A DNA stretch of 39,799 nucleotides from Conidiobolus incongruus B7586 (taxonomy: Eukaryota), in assembly GCA_000697335.1 (NCBI GenBank), contig JNEM01009037.1, positions 1 through 39,799 on the forward strand. Reading direction: 5' to 3'. Position numbers and translations under genes: made by a program. Under the pieces are notes generated by a model that saw nothing but the letters and a program-made list of their open reading frames with translations, did not search any database and had not been told where the DNA came from. Shown here piece by piece: positions 10,569-23,907 of this stretch (within the stretch, counting starts at the first letter, position 1; the number at the start of each line of letters is the position of its first letter).

Positions 10569-11517
10569 TTTCAAATTCTCATACTAATATTCAATTTTAA
10601 AAGAATATATTGAATAAATATTGAGTTTAGATTGATAATAAACCTATTGCTAAATATAAATAGAAGATTTATTTCAATTTTACAATTTAATAGAATAATA
10701 AAATATGAACATTATTTGATAATAAACACCTTTAAAATTTATTAGGTCCATAAATCTAATTTTCAACTTCAAAGATAAGTTATACTGTTAATGTAATCAA
10801 AATATGGTAGATGCTAACATCTAATTAAAAAATTCAGGCTGTAATCAATATTAAAATATTTTTATCTTCAAATCAAAAATACTTCTATCAAAAATAAAAC
10901 AATAGTATGATTAAACATAAGTAATGACACGGTAAATTTTAAAATATTTTAAATTATTAATCATTTATAATGATTTAAATTGTTATTGACATTTTCAATA
11001 TAAAATTTATTATATATTCAAACTGTTATCCCAATTTAACTTTCATTAGATAATGTACTTGCAATAATTTGAAGGTTAAATTGTTTTAATATTATTTTTT
11101 GAGAAAAAATATTTCAGCATCATAAGTTATTCTAATAGTGAATGTGAAGTTGCTTTTCAGTTATAAACTATTTATTACAATTAATATTTTTATTTTGTAA
11201 AATGTATTAAATAATTAATATATAAATTATTATATTTACACAGAACTGTTAATTTCCAATTAATTTACTAAATATACATTTTTAAATTAATATTTTTTTT
11301 CAAAAATGCGTCATTCCTATACCTGAATTGCATATCTAAAACGCTCCCACTATTTAATTTTTAATCCAAACGAGAATATGAGGATAATTCCATTTCAATC
11401 ACGTCATTTAATTCCCAAATTACAACTTTAATTAAAATTTATTAATCCAAGATATATAAATCAGTCACAATCCTAAAAATTAATTATAAATGATAATAAA
11501 GAATAGTAATAATAAGA

Positions 11518-12724
11518 ATGACAGTTGATACTTTAAATACAACAGTAAACCAATTCAAATTAAATGATTTTATAAAAGAATTTATTGCTGGTACGGTTGC
11601 CGGTTGGGCTCAAGTAACTGTTGGTCATCCTTTCGATACAGTTAAAGTAATTTCTAATATTTATTTTTGAAGAATTTATTAATATATTTTAATTAGGTAC
11701 GAATTCAGACTCAAAATGCGGCGAATGCACAATATTCTGGAGTTGTAGACTGCTTGGTACAAACTGTCAAACATGAGGGATTTTTGGGTCTTTTTAAAGG
11801 AGTTACTTCTCCTTTGTTAGGGATTGGTTTCTGGTAATTTTATATCGCATATTATAAAAATATGTTGAATTGATTAAGATTGCATCATTGTTTAGTAATG
11901 CTATTATATTCAGTGTTAATGGTCACTTTCGTAGAGTTTTAAACCCTAATCCCAATGATAGAAGGGATATTTTATCAGTTGGTAGTTTATATTCAACTGA
12001 TTTATTTGAAACAATGCTTATTGAACTCCATTAGAAAACAGTGCTTTGGCTGGTGCATTATCAGGTGGTATAAATTCAATTTTAGTAGGGCCTATTGAAC
12101 TTCTTAAAGTTAAATTCCAAATTGAAACCAAAAAAGTAATATTAACAATGATTTATTGCTATATAATTTAACTCATCACATTATAGTCAAAATACAGTGG
12201 ATTATACGATTGTTGCAAAGATATCGTTCGTACATCAGGTGTTCAAGGCCTTTCTCGAGGGTTGGGAAGTACTATTCTTAGAGAAGTTCCAGGATATGCT
12301 GGTTTCTTTGGTAATTTCAACATGATTCCAACTTGCTTCTGAAATATATTGAAATATGTTTTGCTTAGGAATGTATAATGGATTGAAAAATCTATATTAT
12401 AATAATTTTGAATCTTTCGCAGTACCTAAACCTGATGCCATCTTGCCAACACCACCTAACTGGTACCTCATCATGTCTGGGAGTTTGTCTGGAATCACTT
12501 GTTGGTTATGCAGTTATCCTCAAGATGTGATTAAATCTAGAATTCAATCCAGTTCGGATTCCATTCCACCTACTATCAGAGCCACAATTAAGTCGATTTA
12601 TCGTGAAGCTTCCATCGGTGGATTCTTCAAAGGTTTAACTCCCTGTTTACTTAGATCAATTCCAGCTGCGGGTTCTACTTTCTTCGTTTATGAAATGGCT
12701 GTTAAAGTTTTGAATAAGTATTAA
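11518..12724 (+). CDS. Mitochondrial carrier family (SLC25) protein, carnitine/acylcarnitine or amino-acid carrier-like (Crc1/Ymc1 group); exons 11518-11646, 11697-11833, 11896-11981, 12035-12135, 12187-12310, 12369-12724
   Basis: Three Px[D/E]xx[K/R] signatures: GHPFDTVKVRIQ, GPIELLKVKFQ, YPQDVIKSRIQ. Also EGFLGLFKGVTSPLLG, LREVPGY and FFKGLTPCLLRSIP. All five introns are GT..TAG and keep the frame. Confidence 0.92.
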
Positions 12725-13224
12725 TTGGAATTGATAATATTATTTATTCATAACATTAATCTCAAAATATTATTTTAACTTTTTATATACTTTAAAATTA
12801 AGAACAACCAATATTTAGTAGTATTATATCAATCAATATACCCTTTTTTCTTCTATAATCACTAATCGATGCAATGGTATTAATATTTAATACTCAAATC
12901 CAAAGCACAACTTACTAATATTCTATTAATCATTCTTACACAATTACTATAGAATATCAAATAATTTCAAAAGTTTATTTTTATTATATTCAAATTCTAG
13001 AATTATATTATTTTCATTTACCAATTAATAAAATAATTAAATATCCAAATTATATGATGAATTCAATCATCGCTAAAAAATATAAAATCTTTTAAACATA
13101 CTTAAAAGTAATTTGAAAAAACAAAGACGATTTATATAATTAAATAATAATTGATAGAAATCATCAATCACATTTCAACATTACATATGATATAAATTCA
13201 ATTGTGACAAATGAAAATAGTTCA

Positions 13225-14235
13225 TTAATCTTTCAATTCTCCCAAAGGAGTGTGCGTTAATAAAATATTTTCTACTCTTTTCATCTAATGAGATAATCAA
13301 TATTTGGAATTATTAATATCCATATATTTTTTACAAATTCAGCGAAATTAGGATCATTTAAAATTTTTTGAACGGATTCATATGTTAATTCTATCAATTG
13401 AATTTAGTTTATAATAGCAAAATTATGAAAAATAAATTACCTTCTTCATTGATTTGTTCCTTATTGGATAAGATGGCTTCAATTGTTGATAATTGGGAGT
13501 TAGATATAATATTAGGTTCTATTGATGTCTCTACGATTGTGTAAAAAATTTTTGTCAGAATAATGTGTTATAAAAAATACTATGATTAGTATAAATTGGT
13601 ATATACCTTGTGTACTAATTATGTTTGCTTTTCTAAAGTTAATAAATAATCCTGACATATTAAAAGATATATATTTACTTGGCTGCGACAATATATTCTC
13701 CTCTAAAACTGAACAATCTCTATTGAAAAAGTTTTCCTTGTTGGAAACCATTATTAATTTCAAATGATTTGAAATTATTTCAATAAATTCACGACAAATA
13801 GCATCATCTTTAAACTTTACTTGAATTTTGACAACCTTAAAATATACTTAATAGTATTGCAATTTGTACAAATAAGATTATTTACCATTTTATGATGCAC
13901 GTTGGTTTTTGGATAATAGTACTTGAACCCAACTATATTTTTCTTTACTGCACATTTTAATTGGGATTGAGTTACGAAGTTGGTATCAATTGATATAAAT
14001 TCCTTTATATAAGAATTAGAATTTATAGAAATATATATTGGGCAATATATACCATTGTCACATTGGATACTTTTTTATCATCATGATCCAATCTAACAAT
14101 TTCAATTGATTTTGGCTGATCTTTATATACCAAGTATAATTCATCATGACTGATTGTATATTTATTTGTACTATCTGATACACGATAATTGTAAGTGGAT
14201 TTTGAAAATTCTGTCAATTTGAATGACTTTTCCAT
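13225..14235 (-). CDS. REC114: REC114-like meiotic double-strand-break accessory protein; exons approx. 14235-14053, 14002-13886, 13835-(13679 or 13607), ~13531-13441, 13390-13335, 13284-13225
   Basis: The spliced product has N-terminal 'FKLTEFSK', PH-like end 'VGFKYYY...VKIQVKFKDDAICREFIEIISNH', a low-complexity linker and C-terminal 'VQKILNDPNFAEFMKRVENILL'. This matches my recollection of the Rec114 C-terminal motif L.D.NF..FV..VE..L. The exon 3 donor is uncertain. Confidence 0.7.
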
Positions 14236-14738
14236 TTTGATTGTATACTAAAAATACAAACGTTCTCAGAATAATTTATACTTTTGATACATTTAATAAA
14301 TGTATCAATCATTATTAAACATGTATGATGTTTATAAATCCTTATTTTTTTATTTATGAAAGTTCAACTATTAACTCATAAATTAATTTAACTAAACTAC
14401 ATTTAATAGTAATCAAAAATAATTACCAAAATATTCAATCATCTAATTCAAAATCAAACTGTCGAATTAATAATCATGCTAAAAATTATTAATCCACTAA
14501 TTAAACACTGCAAAGTGATTTCAATTGATTTTACACATGGAATTAAGGATTGTGATGATGTATGCAAATTATTCGTTAGAAAACTAGATCATCTTTTGTT
14601 TCTAAATAACTGTAAAAACTTTTTTAATATTGTCAAATCCATAAATTTTGATTATTTTCAACCCCTTTTAAAAAGCCTAATATTAATTTTGTTTTATTAC
14701 CTATTATAATACTTTATTAAATTTACTAATATTACAAT

Positions 14739-17335
14739 ATGGTATACAACCAATATAAATTGTAATTATATTCAAATCTACCTTTTCAATTTGCATCTAA
14801 TTTTATTGTTAGCTATAACCATACCGATGTCTATGTATTAGAACCAGTCATCACAAATACTAATTTAGAAAAACCTCCTGTAAATGAAATTTTAGTTTTC
14901 CATCGTGATGCTGGATCTGTCGAATTAAGCGGTAACAATATTATCATTATTATTTTTATATTTAAAATAATAGTTCAAAAATTAGATCATTTACCACCTA
15001 TGCACAATTTAAACTCTAACGATGTTAGTTTGGTTTATGGTTTGATGGGAATCATTAGGCTACTTTCCGGTATTTATTATTACATATTTGTTTTTTTTGG
15101 TTATTTATTTAAATATATAGGTGATTATCTTATTTTGATTACTGGACGTGAGTTGGTTGGTAACTTGGGTGGATCTGATATTTATCAAATTACTTCAACT
15201 CAGCTCTATCCGTTTGCTAGAAATAAATTGTATTTGACGATCAAGTAAGTTGATTTTAAAAACATAATATATTAAATATATCTCATTTTATCTCATTAGT
15301 CAAGCGAGCGATGAAGAACGTTATTTGAGTTATTTACAAGATGTCACAAATGTTAAAAATTATTATTTTTCCTATGATTATCATTTGACCCTTAATTTAC
15401 AAAAACAATATGATAATCAAGTTGAATTGGGCAAAGAATTGATTCAAAAGGTATAATTTTCACTTATCTGATATACGCATATATTCTAACTTTCCCTCAT
15501 TTATAGGCTAATACCGAATTCCAATGGAATACTCACATTATAAAACCATTTTTGGAAGTCACTGAAGCTGATTCAACTCAAAATGTGCGCTAATATTTAG
15601 TTATATCATTTTCAAAATTAATTCTAATATATCTTTGATATAGTTTTCTAACTTTTTATTACCCATTATTCACGGATGTAATACATCATTCTAAAATTGT
15701 AATATTACATTATTAATAATTTTTTTAGTTGTTGCAATTAAACAAATAAGATGCAAAAACAGAAATTTAACTTATGCTTTAATCACTCGAAGAAGCTGGC
15801 ACAGAACTGGTGAGAGAAAAAGCCATATTTTGTATTTTTGATTTTAATTTTATTGTTTAGGTACCAGATATTTCTCTCGTGGTATTGATACCAATGGTAA
15901 TGTTTCCAATTTTGCTGAAACTGAGCAAATTATTTTGGGCCAAAATCTTAACGACCGTCCTATTAAATTATCCTATACTCAAATCAGAGGTTCAATGCCA
16001 TTTAAATGGGGCCAAGTCACTAACTTAAAATATACTCCCAAGTTAGAAATTGTTAGAGGCGATGAAGCTATTTATAATAGTATGAAAACTCATTTCAATC
16101 GATTAATTGAAAAATATGGCGAGGTTTACATTGTTAACTTGATTAACAAGAAAGGTTATGAATTACCAATGGGAGAAGAATTCGCTATTCAATTAGATAG
16201 AATGAACAATCCTCAAGTTCATTATTATCATTTTGATTTCCATAAAGAATGTAGCAAGATGAGATGGCACAGAATTGATTTACTCGTTCAACACTTAGAT
16301 GAGAATTTGAAACAATATGGATACTATTTTGAAGAAGATTATAAAGATTCGCAAACTACTCAAAAACAAACTGGTGTCATCAGAACAAATTGCATGGACT
16401 GCTTAGATCGTACTAATGTGGTCCAATCTGTCTTGGCCAAGCATATTTTATTGAGACAATTAAAAGACATTGGATATTTAGAAGAAAACGAAGGAATTGA
16501 ACAATTGAATAACTTTGAAGAAGACTTTAGAAATAGTAATTTAATCTTTTCATCGTTCCAATTTTGTATATTTAATATTTTTAATTAGTTTGGGCTGATA
16601 ATGCCGATGCCGTCAGTTTACATTATTCAGGAACTGGAGCCCTCAAAACTGATTTCACCAGGTAATATAATTTTAACTATTAAAAAGCTGATTTTATTAA
16701 TTTTCTGCAGGACTGGTAAAAGAACAAAACAAGGTGCTATTCAAGATGGTATCAACTCCATTGTCAGATATTTCAAAAATAATTTCCTCGATGGAGCCAG
16801 ACAAGTAATTCAATCCATTTTATCTCTTAATTTCTTTATTCATACTTGTAATTTAGGATTCTTTGGATTTATTCTTGGGCAAATATGAAGTTTCACAGGA
16901 TGCACCTACTCCTTTCAGATATTCATTTACATGGAGATTCCACTTGGTAAATCGAAATCATACCTGTTACATCTGAATTTTTATTTATCAATCGCTTAGG
17001 TTGCTGGTCTATCTTTTTCAAGCGTTGTTTTAGCATTAGCCCAGCAATTCTTCCAAGGTACCAATTTATTTTAATTTTAAAACTTGATCTAACTTTGAAT
17101 AGTCGTCGATCCCAAATTTAACTGGATAGTGAACTTGGTTGTATTTGGCGTAATTGGCTTCTGTGTTAAGTTTGCACTATCTAACGGACAAGATTTTGTC
17201 GATCGCCCCCGTTTAATTCCTTACGAATTCGATAGTATTAAATCACCCACCATCCAAGTTAGTGAAAAGTCATCTTTACCTTCAGCTTCTAGTTCACCTA
17301 TCATTCAAGAAAAAGACATCGAAAAGAATGATTAA
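14739..17335 (+). CDS. SAC1: SAC1 phosphoinositide (PI4P) phosphatase, about 14 exons
   Basis: [81 protein letters not shown], catalytic [45 protein letters not shown]-terminal hydrophobic helices and [11 protein letters not shown]. Start MVYNQYK at 14739. Confidence 0.95.
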
Positions 17336-17599
17336 TTATTATCTAAAATATTAATAGTATAGTTTTGGAATTTATTATCAATAATACCCTTAATAAATAT
17401 ATTTCTTATTATCACACATAGCATTCATTTATCAGATTGTGAATATTGAATACCACTTATTTTGGTGTTTTTACTATTCAATAACAAATAAACAAATAGC
17501 GTTGATTTATCGATAAATAATTATATATTTACAGTTGTAAATTGAATTCTCTTTCAGTTAATCATCACAATTTTTTAATTCTAGCTCCTTCCGATTTTA

Positions 17600-18650
17600 T
17601 TTATATTTTGAGTGATCAAACTTCTTCCAAAATAAAGTTCAGATGTAGATTTCAATGTTGTTTGAAAAGTTAATTATAGTTTTCATTTTAAATAAATTCA
17701 ATGCAAAATTATTTTTCAGAAATCAAATGCCAAAAACCACAAACCTTTTCGAATTTCAAACCTTAAATATTTTGAAACAATTAGCATATATAATGTAGCT
17801 ATAATTTATATACTATCAAAATGTCACATATTTCAAATTTTCATAAATCCAAATTGTATTTTTTATAACTAATCAATTTAATAATATAACAGAAAAATTT
17901 AATTTGGATTGATTAAATTTTGTATTTAAAAATATCTGAATTAACATAAAGTTTTAAGTATACTTTAGGATAAAAATTTTAAAACTTATCCAAGGACCAC
18001 CGATAATCATTCTTTTTAATATCGTTTCTTTCATATTATTTAAATCTAAATTTCATTTATATATTTTTTATTTGACTATATATAATTTGACAAATGTCTC
18101 AATATGCGATATTGATTAACATATTTTTTTGAAAATTAAACATTTCAGAAATCTTATTACCATATATGGTATTTTTTTTAACTTACCAACTTTGAATATT
18201 ATCAATGATTGAAATTTTCAAGTGCTTCAGATATTTCAAATACTTGCCCAGTTTTAAGAGAAGCATTTGAAAATTTCACTTCTTTTCCATACAAATTGAA
18301 ATAAAATTTAATAGATTTTAAGAGGTTTAATTTTCTAGTTGAATTACTTGATATGTAGAATTGAAAAAAAATTATATAATTTTACTGGAATTTATGAATT
18401 TATGGATATATACATATATATATTGAATTAATTAACCTTATCAAAAAAATTTCAATTATGCTTTGACGTATTATCTCAAATTGACCATTATATAATTCTT
18501 GTAAATATTTTGGTAATAATATCGCTTTTAGTTATTATATTCGGAGACTAAATTTATAGAAATGAAAAATTTTAACATGAAGTTTAATATCGATTAATTT
18601 GAAATTAAACTGAATAATAAAATTTGATTATTTTTGAAATTTGGCATTGA
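17600..18650 (-). pseudogene. Possible decayed F-box/LRR-type gene relic (boundaries approximate)
   Basis: Minus-strand fragments broken by stops and frameshifts: 'SILNFMLKFFISINLVS..ILLPKYL', 'LGKYLKYLKHLKISIID', 'IYENLKYVTF'. Weak, by eye. Confidence 0.25.
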
Positions 18651-19329
18651 ATTACTGTTATCATTGAAATTCCAGTTTGAGAAAAGAGATGTATAAAATG
18701 ATACCAAAGATGGATCATGAAAAATATGTAAATTTAAGCTACTTTAATTCATTAAGCCAACTATATATTTTTGAAATTATAGAACCATTATAATACTCAT
18801 TATCAATCAAGTCAAACTTATTTAAGTGCAAAAATATTCATTCAAAGGGTACAATTTGGGTATTAAGCGATGTCTATTATAAACTAATAATATTCTCACC
18901 AGTTTTTTCAAACAATTGTGAAAATTTAATCAATCATCTATAAATTTATCAAGTTAACATAATCGGTTCTATCTAATATTGCCCTTTGTGTATCAAATAA
19001 TATATTAAATTATATTAATGTGTAAATAATTAGAGATTAAATGATGCATTATCGAATATTTCTTAAAACCATAGCTATTGACCAATATATGTTTTATTAT
19101 AGTAAATAATTTTAATTATCAACTTTGTTTCGAAATATAAAAAATACAATATCTGAGAATATGCTATATCATCATAGGGTAATATTTTTGAGATCTCTAA
19201 CATTTAAAACAGCCCCAATATTTGGATCTAGCAGGGATTTTCGCTGAATAGATGAAATATTTAAGATTTCATACAAAGCTGGCATAATAATGCTAGGGAA
19301 TATATAATAGAATGATAGATATATTTGGT

Positions 19330-20400
19330 CGGAATTGTATAAAAAATTCCAAAAACTTGATGTAATTAAATTGTTCTATCCAAATATTAAAATTTTTCAA
19401 TGGTAAATTTTTGCCATTTTTTATATTATAGATTTTTCTATTGAGATCACAGGTTCATTATTATTTTTATTAAACACTACTGTTTCAAGTGTTGTAATTA
19501 TTATGAAAAAAATTCTGGCATATGATCATAGCAAGACCTAAAAATATCAATTTTGAAAAAATTATCAAGAGTTAATGACCAATCCAATTACTTGATTAAA
19601 CCTAATTCATTTAATAAAGCTGCGTGGGTTCGCTTTTAACCTGAAAATTTCTTTTTAATAAAATGGATGAATTAAACATGAAATCAGGACAATTTCCTAA
19701 TTTGTTAATAAATTTGAAAAACCAGATATATTTAGTAATTTCCAAATATAGTTTCAAATGTTATCCTAATTTGGTATCTCAAAGAATTTTCAAATTCCCT
19801 AAATTTGATATGTTAACAAATTTTTGACTATTTAATTGGATAGAATGGTATAAATGGTTAATTTTTCATATTGGTTGTTAGTTAATATATAAAATATTAT
19901 CCCAAATTTCAGCCTTAGAATGTAATCTTGTCATAGAAGTCATGAAATGAGTTCCATTATCTAAAGTTGAATTGGTCATCATTTGTAAAAATTGGATAAC
20001 ATATATTAATTCTGGTAATTTTACTGTTCTTGTTAATTATTCCTTTAGCTCCGTTATTTTAAATAAATTAAAATTTATTAGTTGAATATAGAAAAATTTG
20101 AAAAATGTATCAATTATCTTCAGTATATTCATTGATTTGACATTCATTGAATCGATAATTAATTGAAAGTGTAATTATTTTAATACATGTATTGTTTTAT
20201 ATAATGGATATCATACCATTTCCATATAACATTCTATTTCTACATGGATTCAACTATCTTGAAATAAAGTGATCTTGCGAATTTAAATAATAGTAAACAT
20301 CTTACCATATATCAAATATTTTCAATTTGTACTTGATATATTTCAATGTTTATGAATCTTGAATTTATTAGAATTTTCATAATCAGTACTTTTGCAATTA
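19330..20400 (-). pseudogene. Possible second decayed F-box/LRR-type gene relic (boundaries approximate)
   Basis: Minus-strand fragments 'IFDIW*DVYYYLNSQD' (F-box-like), 'ISNLGNLKIL', 'KFINKLGNCPDF', 'NIWIEQFNYIKFLEF'. Weak, by eye. Confidence 0.25.
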
Positions 20401-20916
20401 TATCATCATACCTAATATATAAATATATATATATTGAAATGATTTAATGGATGATAAGATAAATATTTAATCAACTATCTCAACAAACATTAAATTAATT
20501 AAAATACACAACAATGAAATAATCTAAAATATTATCTTTATTAATTGGAAAAATATATAATCAATGAATGAGCTATAAAATTTATAGATTTAAACTAAAT
20601 CCACTAGGTGCTAATATAACACTTGACTACCGAATACTTAATAAAAATGTACTATAGATAGAAAGTTTGGAAAGTATAACATCTCATATAAGTCAGGAAA
20701 CTAATATGAAATTTAATTGCTATAATTAACTTGTTAAGATTATTATTCATGAACCTGTAAATATTAATATATTTCATTATTGATTACAATATATTGAACT
20801 ATTTAGGTAATTTAAATTCATTTTTAAAATATTCGGAATTTCAATAACATTAAATTGACTGATCAGTAAAATTATATGATATATCAAAATTTCGGAATCA
20901 TTATTTACTTAATTGA

Positions 20917-20919
<3 letters not shown>

Positions 20920-20955
<36 letters not shown>
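20920..20955. repeat. (TA)n microsatellite, ~18 units
   Basis: Read directly. Confidence 0.95.
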
Positions 20956-20957
<2 letters not shown>

Positions 20958-22026
20958 CTATATAATAATTATTAGCTTCTATATTTTTACTAATATTCAT
21001 ATTTTTCATGAATATAAATTATATTCAAATATGGTTCTAATAGATATTTTAACCAATTTTATTAGCTTTAAATTATAGAAAAACTTATTCAATGATATAT
21101 ACCATTACAAGGTATATATATATTAATTTAAAAGGTCTATTTTTTAATGCAAAGGTTAACTAAAATGAATATATTTTTAATTGATCAAATAACCTCCTAT
21201 CATTTATCATATATTACAACTACCATTATATTTTTTGTGATATCTTATTTTATTAATTTGATTTTGACTACCCAAACATGCATTCATCCTGAATCATTAA
21301 TTAATTAAAATATAGGTAATCTAATATTCACATAACAAAATATATTCATGGTCTTGAATTCTATTGTACAATATTAATAAATAGATAAGCTTCAGATGCC
21401 AAGGACAAGATAAAAGGTTTTCCGGTCTCCGAGGAGATGTTCTTTTTTTCTAATGAATATATTAAATATTTTTAATACTAAAATAAGAAATTGTCATCGG
21501 TTTACTCGGCATAATAAATATTTTTACTTAGATAAATACTTTTATTAACTTGTTTTTAAGCTAATTATATAAAACAAAATATAAATTTTAAATTAAAAAT
21601 TCAATATCTGAATATTATGGATTCTTAAAAACTGAGGTGAGTGGAAAATTAGAAAATGAAAATATAATATAAGATAAATTATCCAATAACTACAATAATT
21701 TCTAATTTGGTTCATGAAATGATCGAATCAAAATCTAAGGGTGTCAAAAGATAAAATTTTCTTCTCGTAACTAAATTTAAATATATATTTTGATCCAGTA
21801 TTGTAATTAAACTTCTGACTAGTTTAATACTTTTTTCGCATTATATATTTATGGAATATAAATAGGGCTTAAGTCGCTTAATTAATCTGGACTTTTTGTA
21901 TTTCGTTATTGTTTAAAGTGAATAATTGTACTATTAAATAATTTTTACAATATAATTAAAGATTTGTCTATATAAAACTTTTTTCAACTTCTCAACCCAT
22001 TCTTTAATCAGTTCTCTATATATAAA

Positions 22027-23907
22027 ATGTTTGATATTCATTCTTTGATAATAACGGATACACCAAAAATAACTCGGAGTGAAAAGAGTCATGATTTATC
22101 TAAAGAAAATAAAAGCCATATAAGTTGTATCCCATGTAGGCAAAAGAGACAGAAATGTGATAGAACTTTACCCCAGTGTAACCGTTGCAAAAAATCAATA
22201 TATAATTGTGAATATCGCACTAGAAAGCCACTTAAATTTAAGCATCTATCGATTGGACCAGAGTCAAAAAATATTACTTACCAGGCTTCGAAAAACAAGA
22301 AAAGTCTATGGATAGTAGAGAATTTGGATCTTATCAAAGACACACAAAATATGTCGCTGGATGACCCAACCACTAAAATTAAATCAAAGACGAAAAAGCA
22401 GCAGGAACGCTTTAATGACTATGAACCCTCTAAACCTAATGATCTACTAACCATTCACAAGGGTAAATTGGCTATTGTGACTAAATCTCATGCACCCATA
22501 TTACTTTCGACCATTCTATCCTACTTTAAATTATCGGGTAATTTCATATTCACCACACGAGAGGATTTAATTCGATATCTTTTGTTTTTCCCACTAGTGG
22601 ATTATTCCCAATTTTACTACGACGTTATAACTCAGTTGTCGTCAAATCCCGCCGTTACCAAGCTCTTCCATTCTGGTCCAATTCAAAGTCTGCCGTCACC
22701 ATGTTCATCACCAACAGTAAAATCCATTGGCAAAACATTTAATTCCAAGCTAGATATTGTTTCGGATTCAGCATTCTGGGATGAATTAACCAAAGAGTAT
22801 TTTCACCACTTTCACGCCACAACACCCCTTTTCAGTTTGCGCTCTTTCGATAGTACCAAACTTCCAAGTTATCTCCTTTTCACAATCCAGTGGGCAGGAT
22901 TCACACTGTCTTCAATACACTACAATTCAGCAATTGCACTCAGTATCAACGAGTATATGGAGAGTCAGCTAATTAAGTACCGAAATTATTGCAAACTATC
23001 AGTTCTACAAATGATGATTATATATTATTCCATCAAATTTAGTCAAAATTGCAGTGTTAAAAATCGGGCATATTTGGGGCATATTACCCGTTTAAGCTGG
23101 ACTTTAGGTTTACACTTCAATAAGCCTAAATTAAGAAATGAGGATTTAGAATATGAGTGTAAGATGGCATATCTTTTTGTAGTGAATTTGAATATGATGC
23201 ATAGTGGAAGAGTATATCGTATGAATTTTGTGACGGCTGAGCCTGTTTCAATACCTTTTTGTAATCCCAAATTCCAAAGGAACCCCGACTCACTTGATGA
23301 TGATGTAAGAGATATTGTGAAGGCTTGGAGTGTTAGCATTGCCACGTCATTTACCTATGAGATCTGCTCTAAGGGCTGGGGCCTCAAAATTGTATTCCCC
23401 GATATCAAAGATAATTCCATTGATATTAAGCGGGAGCAAGATTTAATCCAATCGCAGCTAGCCAGAGTAAAGACTCAATATGAATACTTGATCCGATGCT
23501 ATCCAGATCATAAAGATATTCCTCAGCCCTTTATGCTCCTGTGCACTTTTTATGCTCAATCCATTATGCTCTACAATCACTGTAATCCTTTGACAGGATT
23601 CTCGGAGTTAAGCTATGAACAAATGGAGTTTTCGGTCAACAACTGTGATAAATTGTTGAATATAGTAGACGAAATGTTCACCAAAGGATCCAATGGCTGG
23701 AGTCGATGCTATAAAATTATTGGAATGTTCTGCCTTAAGTTACTGCCTTACCTTGATGAAAAGCTCAGACTAGCAGGCTTTCAAATGATGAATGATATTT
23801 TGAATCACCTTGAGGATGCATCAAATCTAACAAATCCTTTAGCCCCTTTACCTTTCGAAATCAAATTACTGGATGAGGGTTTTAATTGGATAAAACACAA
23901 TTGTTAA
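22027..23907 (+). CDS. Zn(II)2Cys6 fungal transcription factor (626 aa, intronless), paralog of 5206-6920
   Basis: SCIPCRQKRQKCDRTLPQCNRCKKSIYNCEY; 'FWDELTKEYFHHFHATTPLFSLRSFD...PSYLL' and 'YEYLIRCYPDHKD' motifs shared with the first TF. Confidence 0.92.
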   Translation: MFDIHSLIITDTPKITRSEKSHDLSKENKSHISCIPCRQKRQKCDRTLPQCNRCKKSIYNCEYRTRKPLKFKHLSIGPESKNITYQASKNKKSLWIVENLDLIKDTQNMSLDDPTTKIKSKTKKQQERFNDYEPSKPNDLLTIHKGKLAIVTKSHAPILLSTILSYFKLSGNFIFTTREDLIRYLLFFPLVDYSQFYYDVITQLSSNPAVTKLFHSGPIQSLPSPCSSPTVKSIGKTFNSKLDIVSDSAFWDELTKEYFHHFHATTPLFSLRSFDSTKLPSYLLFTIQWAGFTLSSIHYNSAIALSINEYMESQLIKYRNYCKLSVLQMMIIYYSIKFSQNCSVKNRAYLGHITRLSWTLGLHFNKPKLRNEDLEYECKMAYLFVVNLNMMHSGRVYRMNFVTAEPVSIPFCNPKFQRNPDSLDDDVRDIVKAWSVSIATSFTYEICSKGWGLKIVFPDIKDNSIDIKREQDLIQSQLARVKTQYEYLIRCYPDHKDIPQPFMLLCTFYAQSIMLYNHCNPLTGFSELSYEQMEFSVNNCDKLLNIVDEMFTKGSNGWSRCYKIIGMFCLKLLPYLDEKLRLAGFQMMNDILNHLEDASNLTNPLAPLPFEIKLLDEGFNWIKHNC

